A stretch of 64,000 bases of DNA from Candidatus Woesebacteria bacterium (GTDB lineage Bacteria > Patescibacteriota > Microgenomatia > UBA1406 > GWC2-37-13), in contig JAGQLS010000006.1 of NCBI GenBank assembly GCA_020429045.1, positions 11,993 to 75,992 on the forward strand, read 5' to 3'. This document shows, piece by piece, positions 27,024-36,127 of the stretch. The stretch's first letter is position 1. Every line of letters starts with the position of its first letter. Below the pieces are notes generated by a model, which was not told where the DNA came from, searched no databases, and worked only from the letters and a program-made list of their open reading frames with translations. The position numbers and the translations under genes are program-made.

Positions 27024-27962
27024 TTAGTATGAAGTTAAAGTTTCTGCGATTGTTTGTCCTACGCTTATTTCCTTCATCTTTTCAAACGAATAATATTCCT
27101 TCATCGCTATGGTGTCGGTGGTGAAGAACGCTTCTATCGAACTCTCCTGAATTTTTTTTGCCGTATCTTTGGCAAAATCACGGTGCACGACTACTGCAAT
27201 TGCACTTTTTGCACCCTGCTGAACACAATGTTCTGCCGCGTGTATGAGCGTGCGGCCAGATGTAGCAACATCGTCGACGACAATCGCAACTTTCCCCTTC
27301 ACGTCGCCATAGAGCGCAAGAGCTGTGCTTTCGTGTATGTGTGCAAGGTCACGTCTTTTTTCGATCAATGCAAGGTCGAATTCGCGTGTACCAAACATGG
27401 CCTCGCCAAATTTACGCGCTCGTTCGATCCCCCCTTGGTCGGGAGAAACGATCGCGACACTCTTTTGATCTACCGTTATTCCTTGTTTTTGCAGATAGGT
27501 CGTTACTTCTTTTGCAAGAAGCGGCAACGCAGATAAGTTTTTAAATGGAATGGTGAAGACTCCTTCTGTCGCCTCGTCGTGCAAATCAAACGTATACACT
27601 TTGTGAAATCCAATTGATTCGATGAATTTGACGATGACACTTGCTGATATACATTCTCCTGGTCGGTGCTGAATATCTTGCCTGGCATAGCCAAAGTATG
27701 GTATAACGCCGATGACTTTTTTTGCTTCTTGTCTGCGCAGTGCATCGCAAATCAAAAAAAGTTCCATGAGGTTCGTGTCGGTGGGGTTTGCAGTTGATTG
27801 AATGATGACGCACACATCGTTGCGCACGTCTTCTCCGATGCGTACACGCACTTCAGAATTTTCAAAGCGAACGACTTCCATTTTTCCTAGGGTTAAGTTT
27901 GCAGATTCTGCAACTTTTTTGCTGAGGTTTGGGTTCGAGGTGCCTGAAAATAGTTTAAGCAT
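27024..27962 (-). CDS. prs: ribose-phosphate pyrophosphokinase
   Basis: MLKLFSGTSNPNLSKKVAE, YFGYARQD, and PRPP-binding loop VVDDVATSGRT. Confidence 0.92.
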   Translation of the reverse strand: MLKLFSGTSNPNLSKKVAESANLTLGKMEVVRFENSEVRVRIGEDVRNDVCVIIQSTANPTDTNLMELFLICDALRRQEAKKVIGVIPYFGYARQDIQHRPGECISASVIVKFIESIGFHKVYTFDLHDEATEGVFTIPFKNLSALPLLAKEVTTYLQKQGITVDQKSVAIVSPDQGGIERARKFGEAMFGTREFDLALIEKRRDLAHIHESTALALYGDVKGKVAIVVDDVATSGRTLIHAAEHCVQQGAKSAIAVVVHRDFAKDTAKKIQESSIEAFFTTDTIAMKEYYSFEKMKEISVGQTIAETLTSY

Positions 27963-27965
27963 GGA

Positions 27966-28420
27966 TTATTAAGTTTGAAAGTTTATAAAGTTAATAAAGC
28001 ACTGTCATTCCCCGTCGATTCGCCCTCCGACTTGGCGGGGAACCTCTCATATTCTTAAGCTTTATACGTTCGTTCAATGTGTTTTCTTTGCAAACCAACA
28101 CCTTACAAAAAAAGGACGCTCATCGTATCGCTTTATTATTATCATTGCATATCATCCATTATTCGCTTGATGAAAGCGTTTTGATACAAACATTATTATA
28201 GTTATTCATCACGTTCCTTATAAACACGCTTTCAACACCTTTTTTTATGCAAGCTATTGGTTTGCGTAATTCGTGTACGGACAATTCGCTTGCCCGCCGC
28301 AGGCAGGCGACTTGTCCCTACGTCATACACCTTCAGGTTTCAAACTACAAGGTATACGTTTTTGTTACCTGTTACTTTATAGTTGTAAGTTTTTCGTTGC
28401 TACTTGTGAGTTTACTTATC
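27966..28420 (+). repeat. intergenic repeat element, long form (right copy of inverted pair)
   Basis: Shares ordered blocks with 42295-42660: tcattcccc-GC hairpin, ctcatattct, atgaaagcgttttgatacaaaca (23 nt), ataaacacgctttcaacaccttttttt (27 nt), aagctattggtttgc, then the gtttttgttacctgttac tail. Confidence 0.85.
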
Positions 28421-28676
28421 CCTGCTGATTCATCGATATTAGTTTTCGCGCTGCGAGTTCTTGTGTTTTTTTAACTGCTTCATTCACAACTTCAGCAACT
28501 CTGTTTTCGAGCACGCCGTCGATTTCTACTTCCAACAGTTGCTGATCACCACGAATAGTTATTTTCACGCCGTTTTTTTCAACGACAACGGTTTCTTGTT
28601 GCAGTTGTTGCTGCATTTGCTTGGCTTGTTGCTGTAATTGCTGGAGATTGCCAAGGCCTTTGAGTGGATTGAACAT
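28416..28676 (-). CDS. ybaB: YbaB/EbfC family nucleoid-associated protein
   Basis: 86 aa: Q-rich N-terminus, VVVEKNGVKITIRGDQQLLEVEIDG, immediately downstream of dnaX. Confidence 0.85.
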   Translation of the reverse strand: MFNPLKGLGNLQQLQQQAKQMQQQLQQETVVVEKNGVKITIRGDQQLLEVEIDGVLENRVAEVVNEAVKKTQELAARKLISMNQQG

Positions 28677-28853
28677 ATGGTATTACGTACGAAATTAGTA
28701 ATGAAAAAAAATCAAAAAATTATGCTATGCTTGAGTTCCCAATTTTCTCATCTGGAAACTCGTCACTATCGTTCCTCAATCAAATGAAGATTCAAAAATT
28801 ACGAACTCTTCGCATATTCAATTATCCTTCGTCTTCATTTTAAATATACTTTT

Positions 28854-29894
28854 TTACCTATTTGCATTATTATAGAATTCGGCAACCACGATCTCAAGCG
28901 GAATCGCGGGTATCGGTGCAATGCGCAACATTTCGAGCGCATCGTGTAATTCTTTCATCAGAAACACGATATCTTTTTGCGTAAATCCCAAGTCTTTTTC
29001 ATCGGTGGAAATGTTGCTTTTTAAAAGCAACTGGTTCTTGAGGCTTTGCAACATAGACTCCATCTCATAACGTACATTGCCGCCGTTTGCAGTAAAATCT
29101 TCGATCCACTGCATACACGTTTGCATATCTTCTTTTCCCATCACTTCGAGCAAACTCTTGCGCCCGTGGATGCCGATGTATTGTTTTGCTTCATCAATCG
29201 TTAGTTTATTTTGTACCACCAGCTCCTCAAATAGTTTTGCAGCATCGCGGAAGGCGTAGTCGCTTGATTGGGCAATAAGTTCGGCAACTTCATCTGGAAG
29301 CTTAATTTTTTCCTCTTTTGCGATACGGGCAAGCATATGCAAAATATCTTTCTTTTCTGCTCTGCCAAACGGAATGCGTACACATCGGGAAATGATAGTG
29401 CGCGGGAGTTTTTCCTCATTGGTCGTTGCCAAAATAAACACCACGTGCTCGGGTGGCTCCTCAAGTGTTTTGAGAAGCGCGTTGAACGCGTCGCTCGTGA
29501 TCATGTGGGCCTCGTCGATGATATAAATTCGGCGCTTGCTGGTCATAGGGGCAAACCCGACTTCCTTAATTAGTTTTCTCACCTCGTCAATACCCCTGTT
29601 TGACGCTGCATCCTGTTCGATCACGTCTGGTGAGTATCCTTTGGTTATGGCAACACAATTCTCGCACTCATTGCAAGGTTCGTAGGACTTCCCCACTCCG
29701 GCAAATGCGTTTTGAAGACAATTGAGGGCTTTGGCGACAATGCGGGCGGTCGATGTTTTACCCATGCCTTTTTGACCAACGAAAAGCAACGCATGAGGAA
29801 TATCTTTGGATTGCAAGAGATGTTGTATTTTTTCCCGCACATGAGAGTTGTCTAGATCGGTGAGCGTTTGCGGTCGATATTTGAGATAGTACAC
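28854..29894 (-). CDS. dnaX: DNA polymerase III subunit gamma/tau (short form)
   Basis: KYRPQTLTDL, Walker A GQKGMGKTS, zinc module CNECENC, IIDEAHM, SRC motif. Start set at GTG 29894 (VYYLKYRPQ); the longer track ORF adds a hydrophobic, AT-run-derived leader. Confidence 0.85.
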   Translation of the reverse strand: MYYLKYRPQTLTDLDNSHVREKIQHLLQSKDIPHALLFVGQKGMGKTSTARIVAKALNCLQNAFAGVGKSYEPCNECENCVAITKGYSPDVIEQDAASNRGIDEVRKLIKEVGFAPMTSKRRIYIIDEAHMITSDAFNALLKTLEEPPEHVVFILATTNEEKLPRTIISRCVRIPFGRAEKKDILHMLARIAKEEKIKLPDEVAELIAQSSDYAFRDAAKLFEELVVQNKLTIDEAKQYIGIHGRKSLLEVMGKEDMQTCMQWIEDFTANGGNVRYEMESMLQSLKNQLLLKSNISTDEKDLGFTQKDIVFLMKELHDALEMLRIAPIPAIPLEIVVAEFYNNANR

Positions 29895-29986
29895 AATAAA
29901 TCTAAAATGTAAAAAATAAAATAAAAAAACAAACACAAAGAACGTTATCGTTTGGTCCTACTCATAAGCTTTCCACTACCATTTTA

Positions 29987-30361
29987 TCATGAATAGCGAA
30001 AAATATTTCGGATGCCGTGCTCGATGAGTTGCTTCATCATGGTATCGACCGTTTTTGTGCGCTCTGCAGCAAGAAGGATGGCCTGGGGATAACAAATGAC
30101 CACTTCGCCAATGATCCGCTCACCATCTGCCTGTTCGCCTTGTTTGTAAGGAAAGGCAAGCACCGGCAAGGCGACATTTTCTTGTTTATACGTTTTTGCA
30201 ATTTGCTTCATTTTTCGTTTTCCCACAAATACAATATTGATACTGTTTGACTTGGAAATATGAAACGACGCAAGAATATTCTCAGCAAATGCAGCAATAT
30301 ATTTCTTATTTACTTTGTAACGGCTAGGGGTAAAAATATGAACCACAGAATCAATGGACAA
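29987..30361 (-). CDS. YbeY-like protein lacking the canonical HxxxHxxxxxH metal site
   Basis: INIVFVGKRKMKQIAKTYKQENVALPVLAFPY and GEVVICYPQA match the YbeY N-terminal and middle regions. The C-terminus reads LIEHGIRNIFRYS instead of HGxLHLxGYDH. Adjacent to rpsU. Confidence 0.55.
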   Translation of the reverse strand: MSIDSVVHIFTPSRYKVNKKYIAAFAENILASFHISKSNSINIVFVGKRKMKQIAKTYKQENVALPVLAFPYKQGEQADGERIIGEVVICYPQAILLAAERTKTVDTMMKQLIEHGIRNIFRYS

Positions 30362-30371
30362 TTAGTAATGC

Positions 30372-30545
30372 TTATCGTTTGCGTTTTCCCCGTTCTTTTT
30401 CTTTCTCTTTTCGTTCAAGAGAAGGTTTTTTGTAGAAAAGCCTCGAACGCACTTCACCGACAATATCTTCGTTAATGAAGTCTCTGGTGAAATCGCGAAA
30501 CATTTTTTCCTTTGAATCGCCTTTTTTCATATTGACGACAACCAT
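30372..30545 (-). CDS. rpsU: 30S ribosomal protein S21
   Basis: MVVVNMKKGDSKEKMFRDFTRDFINEDIVGEVRSRLFYKKPSLERKEKEKERGKRKR. ATG preceded by agaggaggtgtcagt (a strong Shine-Dalgarno sequence); the track N-terminal extension is discarded. Confidence 0.85.
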   Translation of the reverse strand: MVVVNMKKGDSKEKMFRDFTRDFINEDIVGEVRSRLFYKKPSLERKEKEKERGKRKR

Positions 30546-30726
30546 ACTGACACCTCCTCTTAAAAACAAAAATGGTAAATATAAAATGCAAAAATGGATA
30601 CAACTATTTTCTGATCTGTTGGCAAACGGAGAAAATGACCAACCAAAAATCATGAATTTTGACTACAGGGAAATCATTGATTTTAAAAAATATGTTATTT
30701 TCTCAATAAGCCAACTCCCTATTGTA

Positions 30727-31566
30727 TTACATGGCCTTGAATATTGCAACGAGGTCTTTGACCGTGAGCTTGGAAGGCACGGAATCCGGGTTTTTGGAAG
30801 AGCCGTTGAGGAGCATATTGTTTGATGCGTGCAGAAACCAGGTCGCTTTAGGGTCGATTTTGCGGATTTTATCGTAAAGCGGTGCGAGATTATATTTTTT
30901 ACTCGGCTGGGTTTTGATGCGCACGTGATTTGTCTCGGGATCTTTGCGTACAACAAGCTCGTAGCCATCCTTAAGAGCGTGTTTGACCGTCACTTCGTTT
31001 TGTGTCTCAAGCACAAGTGTTTTTCCCCACGAGGTTTTCATGATGAGCCCTTGTTGGATTTCTTGCTCGGCTTTGATTTCGCTTTTAAGGTTGACGAGTA
31101 TCGCGTCGAGCATGAGCATAACCAAGTTCATAAGTTCCACGTCGCTTGTGAGCTGCCCGCGCAGAGGGTAGATCATCTCGTGCAGACAAAAGGAGTAGCG
31201 TATGTCGGTCGGATCGGGAAAATTGACTTCGCCGAAGTTGTCGATTTCTGTTATAAAGCTAACCATGCGCTCAACGGCTTCGAAATCTTTCTCTCTGATG
31301 TGTCCCTCTTCTGATAAGTATTCAAACACACGCTTGGTCGCCGAAAGTCGCTGACTAAACTGGTGGTGGTCAAACATCCCAAGTCCGGTATCGACGTGAA
31401 TGATGTTTTTGTCGCTGTCGGCTTTCATGTTGTCGAGCGTGTTCCCGGCAGGCACGAAAGCGTGGTCGGCGCTTTCCCACCCCGGCAGGTAGCGTTTGAT
31501 GAGCCAGGAGCTTGCGATGGCATCAAGATCGGGCGATATGTGCGTGACGATAGTTTTATTTTTCAT
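30727..31566 (-). CDS. DHH-superfamily phosphoesterase-like protein
   Basis: HISPDLDAIAS (motif I/II-like) and DTGLGMFDHH (DHH motif). 279 aa with no obvious DHHA1 GGGH. Confidence 0.55.
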   Translation of the reverse strand: MKNKTIVTHISPDLDAIASSWLIKRYLPGWESADHAFVPAGNTLDNMKADSDKNIIHVDTGLGMFDHHQFSQRLSATKRVFEYLSEEGHIREKDFEAVERMVSFITEIDNFGEVNFPDPTDIRYSFCLHEMIYPLRGQLTSDVELMNLVMLMLDAILVNLKSEIKAEQEIQQGLIMKTSWGKTLVLETQNEVTVKHALKDGYELVVRKDPETNHVRIKTQPSKKYNLAPLYDKIRKIDPKATWFLHASNNMLLNGSSKNPDSVPSKLTVKDLVAIFKAM

Positions 31567-31665
31567 TATGCATATTATACTTAATAACTCGCAACTTACT
31601 TAGTACAAATACCACATAACCCATAATATTGTATAATCAGCATTTATAATTTTAATCAACTATTC

Positions 31666-32373
31666 ATGCATTCTTCTGAAATAAGAAGATATCAAAAAGG
31701 GATGTGGGAAGACGTTACGACGGAAGCCACCGCGAGAGAATTGATGGGATTTTTATTGCGAGAAGGAATAATCCCAAATAATAAAGGAATTATTAGAGTA
31801 TTAGATGCTTCTGCAAACAGATATAGTCCTTTTTTAGCATTACCCAAGCAGTTGTCACCATCAATAACCATGCAATTAACAATGCTAGATATTGCATACG
31901 TTGATAAAAAAGGTAGATATACAGATTTATTTTGCCATGCACGAGATGCACAAATAAATAGTGAGGTCGATAATGTCACGATAATTGGAGGAGATTTTCT
32001 TGAGACATGGTTTACGAATCCATTTGATATCATTTGGGATCGACTTGGAGCAGGATATTACAACGCTCGAAATAAAAGAACAATAATAAAATACTTACAA
32101 CATGCCCATTGCCTATTGTCTCCAGGTGGAGTTTTACTTATTGACGCCTTTTATATGGAAGATATAAACGATCGTGGTTTTTGGAATGGTTTCTATAATA
32201 TGTCTTCAACAGCAAAAAAATTTATAGATCAATTTGATCATAACGTTGATACATTCTGTGCATTCGCTTGCCAACAAGACTTTAGCTTTTCTTTCGCACG
32301 TAGTAATTTAGGTTTTCCTCAGGAAGCAATTGACGGCAGATTGGGTGTTTTGAGAAAAGTCTCTGAGTATTAA
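31666..32373 (+). CDS. hypothetical protein, methyltransferase-like
   Basis: 235 aa, AT-rich. IRVLDASAN and LLSPGGVLLIDAF resemble class I MTase motifs I and post-III. Lone plus-strand gene between minus-strand operons. Confidence 0.5.
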   Translation: MHSSEIRRYQKGMWEDVTTEATARELMGFLLREGIIPNNKGIIRVLDASANRYSPFLALPKQLSPSITMQLTMLDIAYVDKKGRYTDLFCHARDAQINSEVDNVTIIGGDFLETWFTNPFDIIWDRLGAGYYNARNKRTIIKYLQHAHCLLSPGGVLLIDAFYMEDINDRGFWNGFYNMSSTAKKFIDQFDHNVDTFCAFACQQDFSFSFARSNLGFPQEAIDGRLGVLRKVSEY

Positions 32374-32449
32374 TTTTGAGACAAGATGAGATCCAGAAGA
32401 AACGGAAATTTTGTATACGTGTCCCCCATCGTTTCAATACTAAAAAGCT

Positions 32450-34183
32450 TTATTCTATTTGTTCACTCATGTCCATACATCCCTTGACCACTTCATCAAT
32501 ATCCATTTGTTTAGATTCCTTTTCTGTTCTTTTTTTATATTCTATGTTGTCTCCGTTGCGCTTGGAAACGACGAGGCGTATCGGACAGCCGATAAGGTCG
32601 GCGTCTGCGAATTTGACTCCTGCAGATACATCGTCACGATTGTCAAACAAAACCTCTAGCCCCTCTTTTTGCAACTTTTCATACATTGTGAAAGCGTGCT
32701 TTTTCACTTCCTCATTTGTCAGATCGAGTCCGATCAGATGTACGAGATATGGGGCGACTTGTTTTGGCCAGCACATACCACGATCGTCATGGTGCACTTC
32801 GACAATCGCAGCCATAGTGCGGCCGATGCCGATGCCATAGCACCCCATGTAATATTTCAGTTCCTCTCCCTGCGACCCTGCAAACGTTGCCCCTTGCATC
32901 TTGTTTGAATAATGATACCCGAGCTGGAAAATATTACCCACCTCTATCCCTCGTTTCATAACGAGTTTCTGTTTGCCGTCCGGTGCTGTGTATCCTTCAC
33001 GAGCCATGGCGATATCGGCTTCGATATCAAGCGTATAGTCTCGATCGATATTCATATTCATACTGTCGAGGTGTTTCTTGTTAGCCCCACCGTAGGCATT
33101 ACGAATAGTTCGCAACGAATCGTCACCCACAATCGCAAGCTCACTATTTTTGCCAAGATTATCCTTTATACCTACGGGCGAGATAAATCCTGGCTCAGAA
33201 TGCAATATATTTCGGATTTCCTCATCTTTGGCGTGTCTCAGCTCCAACGCACCAGTCGCATGTTTGAGCTTCGCTTCATTGACATCATAATCTCCGCGAA
33301 TTACGGCAAGGATAAATCGGCCGCGTTCGTCAACGTACATCACGTCTTTGATCTGTTGCCAAAGCGGGAGCTTGTGCAGCTTCACTCCATCTTCCATCGT
33401 GTTGCCTCGCTTTGCCTCCACCGTTTCAAGAGGTTTCATTTCTTCATCAAGATTTTTTTTGTCTTTTGTAAATCGAGCAACATCTTCATGCGCTGCATAC
33501 GAACCATCGGGGGTAGTAAGAAAAACACTTTCTCCTATGGGCGATTCGACAACAAACTCGTGGCAATAATCACCACCGATATAACCATTGTCCGACTCGA
33601 CAACAATCGTCTCGAGGCCAAGGTTGTTGAATATCCGCGTGTAGGTTTCCCACATATTTTTATACTCTTTTTTGAAATCTTCCTCGTCGGCATGGAAAGA
33701 ATACGCGTCTTTCATGATAAATTCGCGCACCCTCAACAATCCTCCTCGCGCGCGCAATTCATCGCGGAATTTATTGGAAAATTGGTACACATTGAACGGT
33801 AAGTCTCGATAACTCAACTGAAACTTTCGCACTAAGTCGACAAACATTTCTTCTGCAGTGCCGCCGGGGACAAACTCTTTACCTCTCCTATCTTTTAAAA
33901 TGGTGAGTTCAAATTTTGCTTCTTTGTTTCTGTTTGTTTCTTCCCACAGGTCAAGCGGGTGGAAAATGGGCGTTACCATCTCTTGTGCTCCGGCACGATC
34001 CATTTCTTGTTTGACAATAGCCATGATTTTTTGCTGGACCTTCATGCCCAACGGGAGAAAATAATATCTGCCGGATGTAGATTCTCGGACAAAACCTGCT
34101 TGATACAATAGTTTTGCAGACACAATTTTTTCATCTTGCGAAATGGTTTTTGTGGTTTTGCCAAAAAGGTTTGAATACAGCAT
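32450..34183 (-). CDS. proS: proline--tRNA ligase (bacterial type with INS domain)
   Basis: LLYQAGFVRESTSGRYYFLPLGMKV, class II motifs (FRDELRARGGLLRVREF, GCYGIGIGR). Start trimmed to MLYSNLFGKT (ATG 34183) to remove the overlap with the upstream kinase gene. Confidence 0.92.
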   Translation of the reverse strand: MLYSNLFGKTTKTISQDEKIVSAKLLYQAGFVRESTSGRYYFLPLGMKVQQKIMAIVKQEMDRAGAQEMVTPIFHPLDLWEETNRNKEAKFELTILKDRRGKEFVPGGTAEEMFVDLVRKFQLSYRDLPFNVYQFSNKFRDELRARGGLLRVREFIMKDAYSFHADEEDFKKEYKNMWETYTRIFNNLGLETIVVESDNGYIGGDYCHEFVVESPIGESVFLTTPDGSYAAHEDVARFTKDKKNLDEEMKPLETVEAKRGNTMEDGVKLHKLPLWQQIKDVMYVDERGRFILAVIRGDYDVNEAKLKHATGALELRHAKDEEIRNILHSEPGFISPVGIKDNLGKNSELAIVGDDSLRTIRNAYGGANKKHLDSMNMNIDRDYTLDIEADIAMAREGYTAPDGKQKLVMKRGIEVGNIFQLGYHYSNKMQGATFAGSQGEELKYYMGCYGIGIGRTMAAIVEVHHDDRGMCWPKQVAPYLVHLIGLDLTNEEVKKHAFTMYEKLQKEGLEVLFDNRDDVSAGVKFADADLIGCPIRLVVSKRNGDNIEYKKRTEKESKQMDIDEVVKGCMDMSEQIE

Positions 34184-34223
34184 ACAAATTGCAGTGTTCA
34201 ACTTATAGTTTGTAGATATTGTA

Positions 34224-34790
34224 CTATGATTTTTGCGGATGATGGTATCCGTTTCGATAACCCAGTCTGTCCAATACTTTTCCAACGGTTTCGTTTGGGC
34301 CTGAAGAATAGGTATCAATAACCAGATGAAAATAGTCTGGATTGAAAAAATCATAGTCACCGTAGATCCGCTTCCATTCTTTCATGTTTACTTCTTCGCG
34401 TTCTCTGATAAATTCCTTGGCTTTTTCGATGGAAACCTTGTCGCGGTTTGCCACGCGGTCTACGCGCACGGCGTCCTCGGAGCACACAAGTAAGATGCGA
34501 AGTACGTCGGGCATGTCGCGGGCCATGAAACCGGCAAGCCACGCTTCAATGACGCAGTTTCCTTTTTTGAGAAGTTCTATGGTGCGATCATCAAGTTTGT
34601 GGTGAAACGTATCGTCTGCAAGACTTGCGATGGGATTTTTGTATTCTTTTGCAAAATCTCTGAGGAGTTTGCCGCCAGAGGTTATATGCCAACCCAGTGG
34701 TTCAAGATAGGTTTTAAGGTTGGCAAGGAGTGTTCCTTTGCCAACTGCGATGCCTCCGGAGATTGCGATACTTTTATATTTTAAATCCAT
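34224..34790 (-). CDS. cytidylate-kinase-like P-loop kinase
   Basis: IAISGGIAVGKGT Walker A, about 190 aa, with an NMP-kinase-like layout. Confidence 0.6.
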   Translation of the reverse strand: MDLKYKSIAISGGIAVGKGTLLANLKTYLEPLGWHITSGGKLLRDFAKEYKNPIASLADDTFHHKLDDRTIELLKKGNCVIEAWLAGFMARDMPDVLRILLVCSEDAVRVDRVANRDKVSIEKAKEFIREREEVNMKEWKRIYGDYDFFNPDYFHLVIDTYSSGPNETVGKVLDRLGYRNGYHHPQKS

Positions 34791-34983
34791 GAAAGTGAAA
34801 AAGTCATAAAGTCTATAAAGTCCGTAAAGTCAAAAGTCTACAATTCGTGTACGGATAAATCGGGACTTGTCCCTAGGTCACACATCTTCAAACTTCACAC
34901 GGTAAGTTTCAAGCTACAAGGGACACGTTTTTCGTTCTTCGTTTTTAACTGTTACTTGTTATTTGTTCATTGTCAATTTCTTT
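34791..34983 (+). repeat. intergenic repeat element, diverged copy
   Basis: (cataaagt)n head, aattcgtgtacgga (as at 28268), gacttgtccctaggtcacac...caagctacaagggacacgtttttcg, and a ctgttacttgtta tail. Fills the whole rseP/kinase spacer. Confidence 0.65.
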
Positions 34984-36066
34984 TTACTTCACCAGCCGCA
35001 CAATATCGTTTATCGTGATGAGCACTGTCAGCAAAAGCAAAAAAGTGATCCCTGCTGTGTTGAGGTGCTGTTCAAGTTTTTCGTTTGGTTTTTTTCCGGT
35101 TATCCATTCGTACAAAATGAATACAAGCCGTCCACCGTCGAGTGCAGGCAGCGGCAAAATATTGACAACCGCCAAATTGAGGGACAAGAGTGCAACAATT
35201 TGCAAAAGTGCGTTGAGGCCAAATGCCCGCGCTTCTCCCACAACCTGGGCAATGCCAACTGGCCCTGCAAAATCGACTTTTGTTTTTTGCTGCGCGATTA
35301 GTTGTGCGGGGATTTTGACAATCTCAACAACGATTCGCCTGGTCATAGAGGCAGCTTCGGCAAGTCCGTAAAAAGGTGCCTGGTACCAAGGATATTTTTT
35401 AACTACGCTGTCTTGCGTGATGACAACACCAAGCGCCCCCTCCCCTTTTGGCGGCTGCGCCCGAGGAATGATCTGCACCTGCGAAGTTTCTCCATCGCGC
35501 TCAAACCCAAGCATTACTTCTTGATCGCCGTATGTGCCTGAAAGTTCTACAAGATCGTTTGTTGTTTGTATTTCATTTTTTTCATTTCCCTGTTGTAGGT
35601 ACAAGACATGATCGCCTTTCATAAGGTGTGCGTCTTCGGCAGGAGAATTTTTTTGTACCTCAACGATTTTGATACCATTGGGCACCGGGGTCCCTACCGT
35701 GAAAAGATACGAAATAAGCACCCATCCAAGGATAAAATTCATAATCACCCCACCGACGATGACAATGGTTTTTTGCCAGGGCTTTTTATTCACAAACGCA
35801 CGGCTTGCAGGTATGGTTTTCCCTTTATGTTTCAGTTCTTTGTGCGATTCGTGGTATTCTTCACCGTACAATTTCACAAAACCACCAATCGGCAGAAGGT
35901 TCAAACTATAAAGCGTCTCCCCCCTTTTTTTTCCAAAAAGACGTGGGGGAAATCCAAACCCGAACTCTTCAACGTAGATACCTTGTTTTTTCGCAGCAAA
36001 GAAGTGGCCGAATTCGTGGACAAGAACAAGGACAAGAAGAATGATGATGAAAATGATGATAGTCAT
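34984..36066 (-). CDS. rseP: RIP metalloprotease RseP (site-2 protease, M50)
   Basis: HEFGHFFAAKK, PDZ domain, and NILPLPALDGG motifs. Confidence 0.92.
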   Translation of the reverse strand: MTIIIFIIILLVLVLVHEFGHFFAAKKQGIYVEEFGFGFPPRLFGKKRGETLYSLNLLPIGGFVKLYGEEYHESHKELKHKGKTIPASRAFVNKKPWQKTIVIVGGVIMNFILGWVLISYLFTVGTPVPNGIKIVEVQKNSPAEDAHLMKGDHVLYLQQGNEKNEIQTTNDLVELSGTYGDQEVMLGFERDGETSQVQIIPRAQPPKGEGALGVVITQDSVVKKYPWYQAPFYGLAEAASMTRRIVVEIVKIPAQLIAQQKTKVDFAGPVGIAQVVGEARAFGLNALLQIVALLSLNLAVVNILPLPALDGGRLVFILYEWITGKKPNEKLEQHLNTAGITFLLLLTVLITINDIVRLVK

Positions 36067-36127
36067 AGGTAAGTATATGGTTAATTTTCTTGCATTACAA
36101 GGTCTGATTGCACGATATACGGCTCAT

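Noticed and set aside
29987-30030. Frameshift rescue of the YbeY histidine triad at a T5 run
   Set aside because: Neither the +1 nor the -1 reading yields HGxLHLxGYDH. The best alternative (NIFAIHDKMVVESL) misplaces the histidines.
32912-33802. 296-aa plus-strand ORF
   Set aside because: It lies entirely antisense to proS, which has unmistakable class II synthetase motifs. The composition is low-information (Ile/Phe/Arg-rich), typical of a shadow ORF.
34184-34360. N-terminal extensions of track ORFs (proS; likewise frr 36689-36748, rpsU 30546-30653, rpsR 791-820, MBL hydrolase 11329-11496, EamA 51958-52014, DsbA 46880-46927, dnaX 29895-29936)
   Set aside because: The extensions overlap upstream genes or repeat elements and are hydrophobic, AT-run-derived sequence. 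Internal starts reproduce canonical N-termini, in the case of rpsU with a strong Shine-Dalgarno sequence.
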